Assembly (NCBI GenBank): GCA_963422375.2
Contig: OY729428.2
Coordinates: 2,592,001-2,656,000, forward strand
Length of the DNA stretch: 64,000 nucleotides
DNA from: Bryobacterales bacterium
GTDB taxonomy: Bacteria > Acidobacteriota > Terriglobia > Bryobacterales > UBA6623
Reading direction: 5' to 3'
The position numbers and the translations under genes are program-made. Numbering within the stretch: position 1 is the first letter of the stretch; each line of letters opens with the position of its first letter. Below, in pieces: positions 51,208 through 62,257 of the stretch. Below the pieces are notes generated by a model. The model saw only the letters and a program-made list of their open reading frames with translations. It was not told the DNA's origin and searched no databases.

Positions 51208-52533
51208 TTACGCTGTAATCTTGTACAGCGCCGAGTGCGTCCGGATCAGCAACGCGCCGCCAGCGATCGCGGGCGTGGCCATGCACATCTCACTGAGCTT
51301 GTTGGCGCCGAGCAGCTTGAACTCCGGCCCCGCGCCGATAACGAACGTCGTGCCCTCCTCGTCGAGGCAGAAGACGTTCCCGTCGTAGGCCCACGGGGAA
51401 GCGGTGAAATTCGCCGAGTCCCGCGAGACCCGCTGCTTGCCGTAAACCTCCGCGCCGGAGCGCGCGTCATGGCAGGTCAGGAACCCTTGGTCGAACAGCG
51501 TGTAGTAGAGGCCCCGGTAGACCAGGCCCGACGGGTGGTAGGGGCCTCCCCTCGGCACGCTCCATGCGATGTGCTCGCCGGACGTTTCCCCCTCGGCCAG
51601 AGTGATGTCGCCGGAAGCTCCGGGACGAATCGCGTAGATCGGGCGGTCCTCGCTGTTCATGTAGCCGGAGGTGATGTAGAGCAGGCCGCCCGAGGCGAAG
51701 GGCGTCGGGATGGCGAGGGAGGACAGACGACCCAGTTCCCATAGCAGCGTCCCGTCCGTGTCGTACGAGCGCACGCGGTTCTTCCCGACCGTGACGATCT
51801 CGGTCCGGCTGCCGCTTTCCCAGACGAAGGGCGTGGACCAAGTCGTGGGTTCGTCCCGTCCGACCCGCCAGATCTCCTGGCCCGTGAGCTTGTCCAGCGC
51901 CACTAGGTACGACTCGCCTTCGTGGTCGTTCGCGATGTACAGGCGCCCTCCGTGCAGCGCGGGCGACGAAGCGGTGCCGTACCCCCAGCGGGTCCGCACG
52001 GGATTCCACGCCCGCGACCAGACCGCCTTGCCGTCGTAGTCGAGGCACCAAGTGCCGAGGTCGCCGACGTGCGCGAACACGCGCTGGCCGTCCGTCACTG
52101 CCGTCTCGGATGCGAAGGAGTTCTTGCGGTGCCTTCCCACCTCCGGCACGCCCTTGTGCAGCTCCGACTGCCAGAGCTGCTTGCCGCTGCCGAGGTCGAT
52201 GCAGTGCGCCAGCCAGAGGTGCTCGTCATCGGGCTTGGGGCTTTCGACGGCCCCTTGGTAGAAGCCACCCCGCGGCGCGTCCTGCATGCTGGCGGCTCGC
52301 GCGGAGGTCAGGAAGACGCGGTCGTCCCAAGCGATCGGCGAGGACCACCCGCTCCCGCCGATCTGGTGCTTCCACTCGACGTTTTCCGTCGCGCTCCAGG
52401 AGGACGGCAGCCCCGACTCGTCGGCGGGCACACCGGTCGCCCCCGGGCCGCGAAACTGGGGCCAGTGCGCCATCCCCCGGCCCAGCGCCAGCGGCGCGGC
52501 GGCAACGGAAAGGAGTTCCCTGCGGTTCAGCAT
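51208..52533 (-). CDS. PQQ-like beta-propeller protein (BamB-like repeats) with Tat-like signal
   Basis: NRRELL; WPQFRGP, WSATENVEWK, GWSSPI, ASSP, WSTP, FTASP, MATPAI. Confidence 0.88.
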   Translation of the reverse strand: MLNRRELLSVAAAPLALGRGMAHWPQFRGPGATGVPADESGLPSSWSATENVEWKHQIGGSGWSSPIAWDDRVFLTSARAASMQDAPRGGFYQGAVESPKPDDEHLWLAHCIDLGSGKQLWQSELHKGVPEVGRHRKNSFASETAVTDGQRVFAHVGDLGTWCLDYDGKAVWSRAWNPVRTRWGYGTASSPALHGGRLYIANDHEGESYLVALDKLTGQEIWRVGRDEPTTWSTPFVWESGSRTEIVTVGKNRVRSYDTDGTLLWELGRLSSLAIPTPFASGGLLYITSGYMNSEDRPIYAIRPGASGDITLAEGETSGEHIAWSVPRGGPYHPSGLVYRGLYYTLFDQGFLTCHDARSGAEVYGKQRVSRDSANFTASPWAYDGNVFCLDEEGTTFVIGAGPEFKLLGANKLSEMCMATPAIAGGALLIRTHSALYKITA

Positions 52534-52967
52534 CTCTTCACCATCATCCTGTTGGTGCCATTCTGCACCACTTCGTCCCGCTGATTGACCACTTCGTATT
52601 CCACGGTGACCACGCCCCGGTCGGTCTTGGAGCGCGAGGCCCGCTTGTCCGACACGCGCAGCCGGGCGCGGATCGTGTCGCCGACATGTATCGGACCGGC
52701 GAATTCCCACGACCAATGCAGCGAGGCAATCGCCTCGACCTGGAACGTCGAGCGGTGCTTGAGCCCGTCGGCAATCGCGAGGCCGAGCAGGCCGTGGGCG
52801 ACTCGACGGCCGAACGGCGTCTGGCGGGCGTACTCTTCGTTCGTATGCAGTTCGAAGAAGTCCATCGACACCGCTGCGAAGGTCATCACGTGCCAGTCGG
52901 TCAGGGTAATCCCGGGGGTTTCGTGAGCCTCCCCTACCTCGATCTCGTCAAACAGTCGCCCGCGCAT
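52527..52967 (-). CDS. MaoC-family hotdog-fold dehydratase
   Basis: FAAVSMDFFELH.NEEYA..TPFGRRVAHG, F.GPIHVGDTI, VVNQRDEVV. Confidence 0.9.
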   Translation of the reverse strand: MRGRLFDEIEVGEAHETPGITLTDWHVMTFAAVSMDFFELHTNEEYARQTPFGRRVAHGLLGLAIADGLKHRSTFQVEAIASLHWSWEFAGPIHVGDTIRARLRVSDKRASRSKTDRGVVTVEYEVVNQRDEVVQNGTNRMMVKRC

Positions 52968-53033
52968 CGCCGAATCGCAAGTATAGGCGATCCCGGCGCG
53001 TTGGACGCCGGCCGAATATAGTAGGCGCTAGCC

Positions 53034-54605
53034 ATGGATGGACCGCGCCGCCCTGACCCGAACCTACGCTGGCGCGCCGCGGCAGCGCTCCTCGCGACGG
53101 CCCTCGCCGGCTGCCAGTCCGCCGCCCCGGACGACTCCCGCCCGAACATCATCTTCCTGCTCACGGACGACCAAAGGGCCGACGCCTTGGGAATCGCCGG
53201 GCATCCGGTCCTCGAGACTCCCAATCTGGACCGCCTCGCGCGAGAGGGCGTGCGCTTCACCGAAGCGCATGTCGTCGCGCCAGTGTGCATGCCCAGCCGC
53301 ACCAGCTTCATGAACGGGCAGTACGAACGCGTCCATCAGATCGGATTCTCCTCGCCGAACGTGCTGTCCGACGCCCAATGGGAGCGGACCTATCCCGCGA
53401 CCCTCCGCCGCGCCGGCTACTACGTGGGATTCGTCGGAAAGATCGGCCTGCAGCAGTACTCCTTCCGGGGCAGGCCGCTCGAGAAGTTCGATTTCTGGCG
53501 CGGCCACGACGACTGGGCGCGCTTCTGGCCCAAGGAATTCGAGCACCTGTCCGTCTACCACGATTCCGCGGCCGACATGGTGACCCCGATCATGAGCGAG
53601 AGCGTCGAGCGATTCCTCGACACCGCGCCGCGCGACCGGCCGTTCATACTCTCCGTCAGCTTTTCCGCCCCGCACGGGTCGATCTCCGGAAGCATGCTCT
53701 ATCCGGATGAGGAGGGCGCGACGCGCATGACGCGCCCTGCCAGCACGCACCCGAGGCTCGTCGACCACCCGGTCTACGGGGGACTCTATCGCGACCGGGA
53801 GATCCCGGCTCCGGACTCGTTCGGCGACGACACGGCCAAGCATATTCCGCTGGACGTGCATCCGCGCGAGGGACGCATGCAGACCTATTCCTACAGCTAT
53901 GCCGGCGAGGAAGTGCTGCGCGAGCATAGTGTCCGGTACCTCCAGTTGGTCCACGGAGTGGATATCGCCGTCGGCCAGCTGCGCGAGAGTCTCGGCAGGA
54001 GGGGCCTAGCCGACAACACGGTGATCATCTTCTCCAGCGACCACGGCCTGCTGATGGGCGAGTACGCAATGGGCGGGAAGTCGGTGCTCTACGACATCGC
54101 CACGCGAGTCCCGCTGATCGTCTACGACCCGCGACCGGCCGCCGGGAATCGCGGCCTGGAGATCGAGGAGCTGGTTCTCAGCATCGACGTGCCGACGACG
54201 ATCGTCTCCTACGCCGGCGCGGCCGTTCCGCCCAGCATGCAGGGGCGGGACCTGCGCCCGCTCATGCGGGATCCCGATCTCGCATGGCGGGACGAGATCT
54301 TCCTGGAAAGCCTCTTCCTGCTGCGCACCGGGCCGTTTATAGAGGCGGTGCGGACCAAGGAATGGAAATACGTTCGGTACTTTCGGTCCGAAGAGTCGCA
54401 CTACGCGGAGGAGGACACTGACTTCGCTGCTGGCACCCCGGACTTCGAGCAGCTCTTCGACCTTGTCAACGACCCTGCCGAGGAAACGAACCTGATTGGC
54501 GAGGCGTCGCAGGCGGCCCGCGCGGCGGACTTCCGCGAGCGCTGCAAGATGCACTCCGCGACGCTCGTGCGCGCCCGAGCGGACACGGCGACCTATCCTC
54601 GCTAG
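53034..54605 (+). CDS. Formylglycine-dependent sulfatase, probable lipoprotein
   Basis: LAGC lipobox; RPNIIFLLTDDQ, TPNLDRLA.EG, CMPSR (CxPxR), FSSDHG, RVPLI, ELVLSIDV. Confidence 0.93.
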   Translation: MDGPRRPDPNLRWRAAAALLATALAGCQSAAPDDSRPNIIFLLTDDQRADALGIAGHPVLETPNLDRLAREGVRFTEAHVVAPVCMPSRTSFMNGQYERVHQIGFSSPNVLSDAQWERTYPATLRRAGYYVGFVGKIGLQQYSFRGRPLEKFDFWRGHDDWARFWPKEFEHLSVYHDSAADMVTPIMSESVERFLDTAPRDRPFILSVSFSAPHGSISGSMLYPDEEGATRMTRPASTHPRLVDHPVYGGLYRDREIPAPDSFGDDTAKHIPLDVHPREGRMQTYSYSYAGEEVLREHSVRYLQLVHGVDIAVGQLRESLGRRGLADNTVIIFSSDHGLLMGEYAMGGKSVLYDIATRVPLIVYDPRPAAGNRGLEIEELVLSIDVPTTIVSYAGAAVPPSMQGRDLRPLMRDPDLAWRDEIFLESLFLLRTGPFIEAVRTKEWKYVRYFRSEESHYAEEDTDFAAGTPDFEQLFDLVNDPAEETNLIGEASQAARAADFRERCKMHSATLVRARADTATYPR

Positions 54606-54934
54606 CCCGCGGCCGGCCAGGTCGAAGGAAGCGGGCTGCGCCGCCAGCCGCCCCGAGCGAGCCCGCCTTCCGACACCCGGTGCCCTGCGCCGCCTGCGCC
54701 CCCCGGACCCGCGCACGGAGCAAGCGCCGGCGCGCCCGAGGGCATTGGACGGCATGAGTCCGGACCGCTCGAGGGTTCCGCGCGCGCCCGGATCCGGGCG
54801 GGGCCCATCGCCCGGCACCGCAGCCGCCGGCGCCAGCCTTGACCGGGCGCGCGCGGCCAGCGTATACTTGGACTTGAAGGGCGGCCCGGCGGGCAGCCCC
54901 GTATTTCCGGATCCAGGGGACAGGACGGGCCCGC

Positions 54935-55243
54935 ATGTACGCGATAATCGAAACCGGCGGCAAGCAGTACACCGTGTCGCCGGGTGACGAAATCCGAGTG
55001 GAAAAGCTCGGCGGCGACGTCGGCGATCCCGTCGAGTTTCGCAGGGTGCTGGCCGTGTCCGGCGACGACGGGGTGCTGCGGGCCGGCAGTGAGGCCCGAG
55101 CAACCGTGGCGGCAAAGATCGCCGAACACGGTCGCGGCGAGAAGATCGACGTCTTCAAATTCAAGCGTCGGAAGATGTATCGTCGCAGGATGGGGCATCG
55201 CCAGGATTACACCCAAGTCCGGATCGAGTCGATCGAGGCATAG
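54935..55243 (+). CDS. rplU: 50S ribosomal protein L21
   Basis: MYAIIETGGKQY, KFKRRK.YRR..GHRQ. Confidence 0.98.
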   Translation: MYAIIETGGKQYTVSPGDEIRVEKLGGDVGDPVEFRRVLAVSGDDGVLRAGSEARATVAAKIAEHGRGEKIDVFKFKRRKMYRRRMGHRQDYTQVRIESIEA

Positions 55244-55270
55244 CCGGAACGGCAAGCAGCAGGAGCGGGC

Positions 55271-55531
55271 ATGGCGCACAAGAAAGGCCAAGGCACCTCG
55301 CGCAACGGACGCGACTCCCAGTCGAAGCGCCTCGGCGTGAAGCGATTCGCGGGCGAGACGGTGACCAGCGGGAGCATCCTCGTGCGGCAGCGCGGCACGA
55401 AGTTCCGTCCCGGGCTGAACGTGGGACGCGGCAGGGACGACACGCTGTTCGCCAAGATCGACGGCATCGTGGAGTTCCGTGATCGCGGGCGCCTGGGACG
55501 CATGATCAGCGTGCATCCCGACGGCGCCTGA
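55271..55531 (+). CDS. rpmA: 50S ribosomal protein L27
   Basis: [47 protein letters not shown]. Confidence 0.98.
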   Translation: MAHKKGQGTSRNGRDSQSKRLGVKRFAGETVTSGSILVRQRGTKFRPGLNVGRGRDDTLFAKIDGIVEFRDRGRLGRMISVHPDGA

Positions 55532-56942
55532 GTGCTGCCCGTAGCGCTTGGACGTGTCGGCGGCCGGTCGGAGCGCGACGTAGCGGCAGAATAGCCAGCC
55601 AGACTAGGACCGGGGCGTACTCGAGGCCGACCAGGTACGGATCGTACTCCCAGTAACCGGTGGTCTCGTAGCCTGCGACAACGTGGTGGGCCAGCGCCAC
55701 CGAGGCCGTCCACAGCAGCAGGGGAGCGGACGGACGCACCGCGAGCAACGGCAGCATCCACGTCAGGTACCACGGGAAGCAGTTCGGCGAAACCAGCAGC
55801 AGCGCGCACACCGCCGCGAGTTCCCCGGCGAGCGCGGGCAGGGGCGCGAGCCGCGCGGCCACGATCGCGGCTAGCAGCACCGACTGCGCGAGACCGGCGG
55901 CCGCAGCCATGTCGCCCCCGGTGAGTTCGAGAAACGCTGCGAACAGGCTGTCGTTGTTGCGCCACTGGCCCGCGAAGCCCTCCAGCACCGAAAGCACGCC
56001 CGCGATGCTCCCCCGGTACGGCAGGCAAAGCGCGGCGGCGGCCGCGGCACCGGCCATCACGGCCTGCCACTCTACGCGCCAGCGACCTCCCGCCGTCCGC
56101 AGCGCCACGAAGGGCAGGAGCACGATGGGCCAGAACTTGCACATCGTCGCGACCGAGAGGGCGACGAGCGCGGCGACGGGCCGTCTTCGCGCGGACAGAG
56201 TGAGCGCGACCACAACGAATACGAGGGCCAGCGCGTCGTTGTGCCCTTCGATCCAGAACTCGGTGACCGCGAGCGGTGACCACAAGTAGACGAGGGCCCA
56301 GGAGCGCGGGCGGCCGACAGCCCCCAAGAGCGCCATCAGGGCGATGCCGACCGCCAGATCGGCCAGCCCGAACGGGAGCTTGAACAGGCGCACCTGCCGC
56401 CAGGCGTCGGCGTCCCAGTGCCGCACCAGCCAGTAGGTCCACAAGTTCACCTGCTCGGTAACGGGGCCGTAGGGCGAAGGCATGTCCTTGCCGGCGACTC
56501 GCGGCCAAGTGTCGTCGCGCAATCCCTCCCAAGCCGGATCTGCCGGGACCGATACGTAGGGATCCCCGCCTGCCAGCTGGACCATCCCCTGCCAGCGGTA
56601 GCGGACGGAATCCTCGGACAGGCTCGGGTACAGGGGGGCGACGGTCAGACGGAACGCGAGCGCGGCGAACCAGACCAGCCGCAGGACCGCGGCTTGCGAG
56701 CCGGCGCGTTCCGTCCGCGTGACCAGCCAGCAGGCCGCGACGTACGGGATCGAAACCAGTAGATAATAGGTGATGAACTCCGTCAGTCGGGTCGCCGGCC
56801 TGTCCAGCTGCAAGACGAGCCAGAGGCCCCCTTCTATCAGGGCGGCGCACGCCGCAAGGGCCAGAGCCGTCCGGCCTCCGGCCGGACTGGCGGATGCGCC
56901 GCCGGTCGCGGAATGAGTGCGCGGAGCCAAGCTCTGCCACAA
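55506..56942 (-). CDS. Polytopic GT-C-type membrane glycosyltransferase (GT87/DUF2029-like)
   Basis: [12 protein letters not shown]...GGDPY, YGP, YLWSPL...E....GHND, FPWY; many TM helices; start uncertain. Confidence 0.8.
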   Translation of the reverse strand: MWQSLAPRTHSATGGASASPAGGRTALALAACAALIEGGLWLVLQLDRPATRLTEFITYYLLVSIPYVAACWLVTRTERAGSQAAVLRLVWFAALAFRLTVAPLYPSLSEDSVRYRWQGMVQLAGGDPYVSVPADPAWEGLRDDTWPRVAGKDMPSPYGPVTEQVNLWTYWLVRHWDADAWRQVRLFKLPFGLADLAVGIALMALLGAVGRPRSWALVYLWSPLAVTEFWIEGHNDALALVFVVVALTLSARRRPVAALVALSVATMCKFWPIVLLPFVALRTAGGRWRVEWQAVMAGAAAAAALCLPYRGSIAGVLSVLEGFAGQWRNNDSLFAAFLELTGGDMAAAAGLAQSVLLAAIVAARLAPLPALAGELAAVCALLLVSPNCFPWYLTWMLPLLAVRPSAPLLLWTASVALAHHVVAGYETTGYWEYDPYLVGLEYAPVLVWLAILPLRRAPTGRRHVQALRAALRRRRDAR

Positions 56943-56953
56943 GCGTAGCGCAG

Positions 56954-58456
56954 ATGGATTGGCTCGGAATCGGCATCCTTGGCACCTATTTCGGCCTGAT
57001 GGTCGTGCTGAGCCTCTTCGGCCTGCATCGGTACGCGCTCGTCTACATGTACTACCGGCACCGCCGCGACCGGCAGGGCCCGCCTGCGGCGCGGCTCGAT
57101 TCCCTGCCCCCGGTCACGGTGCAGCTGCCCGTCTATAACGAGCGGTTCGTAGTGGAGGAGCTGCTGGAGGCCGCATGCGCGCTGCGCTACCCGCGACACC
57201 TTCTCCAGATTCAGGTGCTCGACGACTCCGACGACGAGACCCGCGCGGTCCTCGAACGCGTCGTGGCGGCCAAGCGCTCCCAGGGGCAGCCCGTGGAATA
57301 CCTGCGCCGGTCCGACAGGACGGGGTACAAGGCGGGAGCGCTCGAAGCGGGGCTGCGCCGCGCGACGGGCGATCTGATTGCCGTGTTCGACGCCGACTTC
57401 ACTCCGCAGCCCGACTTTCTCGAGCGCACCGTGCATTATTTCTCCGAGCCGGCCGTCGGGATGGTGCAGGCTCGGTGGACCTACCGCAATCGCAGCCTGT
57501 CGCTACTGACCCGCGTGCAGGCCATGCTACTCGATGGCCACTTCGTGTTCGAGCACGGCGGGCGCGCTCGCTCGGGCCGATTCTTCAACTTCAACGGCAC
57601 GGCCGGGGTTCTGCGCAAGGCCGCCATCGAGGACGCCGGCGGGTGGCAGCACGACACCCTGACGGAGGACACGGACCTGAGCTACCGCGCGCAGCTGCGC
57701 GGATGGGAGTTCGTGTACGTCCCGCAAGTGGAGGCGCCGTCGGAACTTCCGACCGACATGGCCTCGTTCCAGATCCAGCAGCACCGCTGGGCGAAGGGCC
57801 TGATCCAGACCGGCATCAAGCTCCTGCCCCGGGTCTTCCGGTCCGACCAGCCGCTGCGCGTCAAGACGGAGGCGCTCTTCCATCTGACGGCGAATGTCTC
57901 CTACCCGCTGATGCTGGTCATGGCGGGTTTGCTGCTCCCTTCGATGCTCGTGCGGCACGCGAGCCTGGACGGCAGGCTGCTCTGGCTCGACCTTCCGGCC
58001 TTCCTCCTCACGTTCTGTTCACTGTCTAGCTTCTACACCCTCGCCCAGCACGAGCTCGGCCGAGGAGGGATCCACCGTCACCTGCACATGATCCCCGCGC
58101 TGGTCGCAACCGGCATCGGCCTGGCAATCAGCAACAGCCGCGCGGCTCTCGGTGCGATAATCGGATCCCGGTCCGCGTTCGAGAGGACGGCAAAGTACAG
58201 TTCCAAGCCGAGTGCCGCGCGCGCGGCGAGACGGGTCTACGGCAGGCGCGGAGGCTGGCGGGTCGCGGCCAATCTGGCAGCGGCGGCCTATCTCGCTGCC
58301 TGCCTAGGCGTTGCCGGCTACATCGGCCACTGGCTGGGAATGCCGGTTGTGCTGCTGTTTCTCGCCGGTTTCCTGTATGCCGCGGTGTCCATGTTGGCAG
58401 ATCGGCCGCGACGCGAGACGCAGGCACTGTGCGCGATTGACGAACCGGCGGGGTAG
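56954..58456 (+). CDS. GT2 processive glycosyltransferase (cellulose-synthase-like)
   Basis: VTVQLPVYNE, VLDDS, GYKAGAL, FDADF, TED.DLS, QQHRWAKG (D,D,D,QxxRW). Confidence 0.93.
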   Translation: MDWLGIGILGTYFGLMVVLSLFGLHRYALVYMYYRHRRDRQGPPAARLDSLPPVTVQLPVYNERFVVEELLEAACALRYPRHLLQIQVLDDSDDETRAVLERVVAAKRSQGQPVEYLRRSDRTGYKAGALEAGLRRATGDLIAVFDADFTPQPDFLERTVHYFSEPAVGMVQARWTYRNRSLSLLTRVQAMLLDGHFVFEHGGRARSGRFFNFNGTAGVLRKAAIEDAGGWQHDTLTEDTDLSYRAQLRGWEFVYVPQVEAPSELPTDMASFQIQQHRWAKGLIQTGIKLLPRVFRSDQPLRVKTEALFHLTANVSYPLMLVMAGLLLPSMLVRHASLDGRLLWLDLPAFLLTFCSLSSFYTLAQHELGRGGIHRHLHMIPALVATGIGLAISNSRAALGAIIGSRSAFERTAKYSSKPSAARAARRVYGRRGGWRVAANLAAAAYLAACLGVAGYIGHWLGMPVVLLFLAGFLYAAVSMLADRPRRETQALCAIDEPAG

Positions 58457-60399
58457 CATTCTCGCGGGAGACGCGGCGCCGGGGGGAAGGTGCCTGAAGG
58501 AGCGGAGCCCTGCCACCGCACGGACTCGCCATCACGGCAAGGTGCCCGCGTCGCGCGCAGAAACTTGTATGAAATCGGCATGATTACAGCGGGTCAATCG
58601 ATGGTCCGATAGAACTTTCTATGGCCGTGACACGGGCGGTTCGATGGGATTCGAGTTGCAGCTCCGTGAGGCGTGTATCTCTGCGCTCGCCTAAGAATGC
58701 AGAATGGATTAGCAACAAATTCCCGCGAATTTGCACCGGAGTCTCAAAGCTCGGGGTCCCTGCCGTCCGAGTCATTCTCAGGATCACTGCGATTCCCACG
58801 AGCATGGAGCGAATCGCGTAGCTCCACCTTGCCTTCTCGGAAGTGCGCATCGCAACGCTAACGATTGCACAGCCCAGAGGCGCGGAGCGGGAGCGCGCCA
58901 TGCTGGTCGAGTCTCCCTTCCCGGCGCAACGAGACCTGATTGCCGCTGGCCGGCCCGGAACCCGCGCCGACCGCATGCGGCCCGCAGGCGCACGACGATG
59001 ACCAAGGCAGGCCAGCGGCAACGCATCTGCCGTCGCAAATCTGAATCCCCGACGGACCACAACGGAATGACACTCGGTCCTCCGCATGGGGCGGGCACCC
59101 GACACGAGACACCTCAACCGCTCGGGTCCCGAAGACGTCTGTGACCGCTCGCTTCCTCGAACCCGACCCGCCCTGCCGCCACCGGCACGAGGTTCTCGGC
59201 GCTCGCTTCGTCGACGGCGAGCCGCGGGCGGGGGCGGCCGAGGGTCGAGCGAGCGCCAGAGCCTCGTCCGCTTCGGGTGCAGGGCCAACAAGCCGTGCCT
59301 CGTCAAGGCTGGCTGCGCCGACCGAGAGGAGGCGATCCGGTGGCTCGGCAAGAGGCTCCTCCGCTTGGCCCTTGGGTAGCCCGGTCCGCGCAAGTTGTCA
59401 TATGAATGCCTACCGTTGGGAATGCGGGCAAGCGCCTGCAGCCGGTTCGCAGGCCGGCGCGTCCGCGTCCGCTAGGTTCGAAGCTGTCCCCGGACCGGAG
59501 TCCTCGACGCGCCCATCGGAGCGGACGGCTACGGCTCATCGCGCTTGGTCCCGGGCATCCGCTATAGTGGACAATGGCAGGACTTGGACGAGTACGGAGC
59601 GCAACTAACGAAACGACATCGCCGCCACGGATGCGGGCTTGATGCCAGGCACGGCGGCTTCCGATCAGGCTCTAAGTGTCGATGACTCCTTAGATGGCGC
59701 GGGCGGCCGACGGTGCCCGCCTGCCCGCAGGCGAGATGGATGCGCAGGCGGCCGGCTATGGCGTGCGTGCCCGAAGATCTCCAACTTTCCATGCGGGCCC
59801 CCGTGACATCCGTGCGAGACCGAGCGCAGGCGCACTCGGAGAAGATTCGGACGCCTCGCTTCCGGCTTCCCCGCCTGCACGGAGAGAGGGCCGAGGCCGT
59901 CCGATCGCAGCCTTACCGGGGGCGGCCGCCCTTGGCTCGCAGGACGCACCGGCAGGATACGCCGGCCGCTCGGGCGCGCGTTCCCTGTGCATCGAGGCAG
60001 ACGCTCGGACAGTCTGGCGGCGGCGTGCGAGCCGCAAGACGTGTAGGCGCAGGGGACGCCTCCGCTACCGGCCACACACTGCCTCCTTGGTTCCATTCGA
60101 GCTTCGAGAGCGGCGAGTGCCGCGACAGCAAGGCCCGAGCCGCGAGCGACCGATGACCGGCCTCCATTTGAATCCACGCCGCCCGGCTGTCCACGTTACT
60201 ATGCGTGAGCGCTCCGTCCAAGGGGCGCTGCCGGAGCCCGCCGCAGCCCGACCCGGCAGCTCGCCGCCCGCGCGAGACCGACAGCGACCGAGACTCGGAT
60301 CCTGCAACGCACGGGTATCGAAGCGCGGAAACGAGGCCGGCAAGCACTCCCCGCTGGCGGGCCTCAACGGCTGCTGGCGCGCCGGAAAGGACCTCGCCT

Positions 60400-62217
60400 A
60401 TGGGCCCCGCAGAGATCTGCGCTGAGCGCCTCAACAGTCGCTACACCGAGTACAAGCATCTGAAGCGCAAGCATCGCCTCCTAGGCAATGCGCGCCTCGC
60501 CGGGGCAGCGGTCGGCCTCGCCGTCCTGTGGAGCGTCGAAACCTACCTGCCCGGGTTGACTTGGTACGCGGCGGCGCTGCTGCTGGGCGGTTTCATCTAC
60601 TCGTCCGTGAGATTCTCGAGGATCGAGAGCGCGATCTTCGACACGGGCAACGCAGTCGTTCTCTACGCCGATCCCGTGTACGGCTTTCGCAGGAACGAGG
60701 GGCCGGGACAGACTGCCAAGGACCTGCCCGTGGAAGCGGACCACCCCTTCTCGCTGGACGTGGACGTCGTCCAGCCGGACGGGCTGTTCGACCGCGTCAA
60801 CACAGCCGCGACGCGCACCGGGATGCAGGAGCTCGCCAAGCTCCTGTCGGAACCAGTCGAGACGGCGGTCATCCGGGACCGTCAGGCCGTCGTCAAGGAG
60901 CTCAAGTCCCAGCTCGATCTCCGCGAGGACTTCTACTTGACTGGTTTGAGAAAGGTTCGGTGCATCAGAACGGATGGCATGCTGGGCTGGGCTTCCAAGA
61001 AGGCGGCGCCCGTCCCTCGGTGGGTCCCGGCCGGATGCCTCGCGCTGAGCTCCGTCACTCTCGCGGCGGCGGTTGCGGCCGCGCTCGGCACATCCCCGCT
61101 GCTGGCCGGCGGGTTCGGGGCCGCGCTCCTGGCCGAGTACCTGTTCTGGCGCGGGATCAGCGCGCATCGGAAAGTTCCGTCCCTGGAAGCGGAGCGGTTT
61201 CACGTGGATTTCGCCGAGCTGCTCGCCCTCGTGCGGCTCCTGGAGAAGCAGGATTTCGAGGCGCCTCTGCTGCGACAGGTCACCCAAGCCCTCCAGAGCG
61301 ACAGCGGCAGCGCGACGCAGGCGCTGCAGCGCTTCCGTCGCGTCATCGCAATGTACGAGGCGCGACGGAACCATTTCGTAGGCATATTCGGGCCGCTGAT
61401 CCTGTACGAGACGCAGCTGGCGCTGGCGGTCGAGCGCTGGAGAGCGGAGTGGAGCGCGCAGCTGCCCCGGTGGATCAAGGCCCTCGCGATGTTCGAGGCG
61501 TACTCCTCGGTCGCCTGCTACGCCTTCGAGCATCCGATGCACACGTTCCCCGAACTGGTGGACGAGGGACCCACGTTCCGCGCAGAGAACCTAGCGCACC
61601 CTCTGCTGGGCGAGAATGCCGTGTCGAACAGCGTCACGCTGGACCGCGAACGCCCGATCCTCGTGATCAGCGGCGCCAACATGGCCGGGAAGAGCACCCT
61701 CCTGCGCTCGATCGGGATCAATCTGGCCCTGGCGTACGCCGGCGCTCCGGTGCGGTCAAAGTCGATGTCCATGTCGAGCCTGGCCGTGGTGGCCTCGATT
61801 CGCGTGACGGACTCCCTGAAGGCAGGCGAGTCGCGCTTCGCGGCCGAACTGAAGCGCATCCGACTCATGCTCGACCGAATCCGCTCGGGTATTCCGACGC
61901 TCGTCCTGATTGACGAGCTCTTCGGGGGGACCAACTCGTACGACCGCTATACGGGCGCGGTATCGCTGGCGGAGTACATTCTATGCCTCGACTCGGCGCT
62001 GGCAGTGCTGTCCACGCACGACCGCAACATCACGCGGTGGGCCGAACGGAACAGCGCCCGGATCGCGAACGCGCACTTCGCGGACGTCTTCAGCGAGGGT
62101 GACATGAAGTTCGACTACAAGCTGCGCGAGGGGCCGGCCACCAAGGGCAACGCGCTCGAGCTGATGCGGCTCGCAGGCCTGCCGATCCGCGAGCAAGGCG
62201 TTCCGCCGACAACCTGA
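60400..62217 (+). CDS. Membrane-anchored MutS-related ATPase (domain V, no mismatch-binding domain)
   Basis: N-terminal TM helices; HPLL, Walker A SGANMAGKSTLLR, S.F.AEL.R, Walker B LIDELFGGTNS, STHD, FDYKLREG. Confidence 0.9.
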   Translation: MGPAEICAERLNSRYTEYKHLKRKHRLLGNARLAGAAVGLAVLWSVETYLPGLTWYAAALLLGGFIYSSVRFSRIESAIFDTGNAVVLYADPVYGFRRNEGPGQTAKDLPVEADHPFSLDVDVVQPDGLFDRVNTAATRTGMQELAKLLSEPVETAVIRDRQAVVKELKSQLDLREDFYLTGLRKVRCIRTDGMLGWASKKAAPVPRWVPAGCLALSSVTLAAAVAAALGTSPLLAGGFGAALLAEYLFWRGISAHRKVPSLEAERFHVDFAELLALVRLLEKQDFEAPLLRQVTQALQSDSGSATQALQRFRRVIAMYEARRNHFVGIFGPLILYETQLALAVERWRAEWSAQLPRWIKALAMFEAYSSVACYAFEHPMHTFPELVDEGPTFRAENLAHPLLGENAVSNSVTLDRERPILVISGANMAGKSTLLRSIGINLALAYAGAPVRSKSMSMSSLAVVASIRVTDSLKAGESRFAAELKRIRLMLDRIRSGIPTLVLIDELFGGTNSYDRYTGAVSLAEYILCLDSALAVLSTHDRNITRWAERNSARIANAHFADVFSEGDMKFDYKLREGPATKGNALELMRLAGLPIREQGVPPTT

Positions 62218-62257
62218 GGCGGCGCGGCCGAGACGCCTGCAGCTCGCGGCCCAGCCT

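Noticed and set aside
59230..59379. Possible response-regulator C-terminal remnant
   Set aside because: Resemblance is too weak and no N-terminal receiver motifs are visible.
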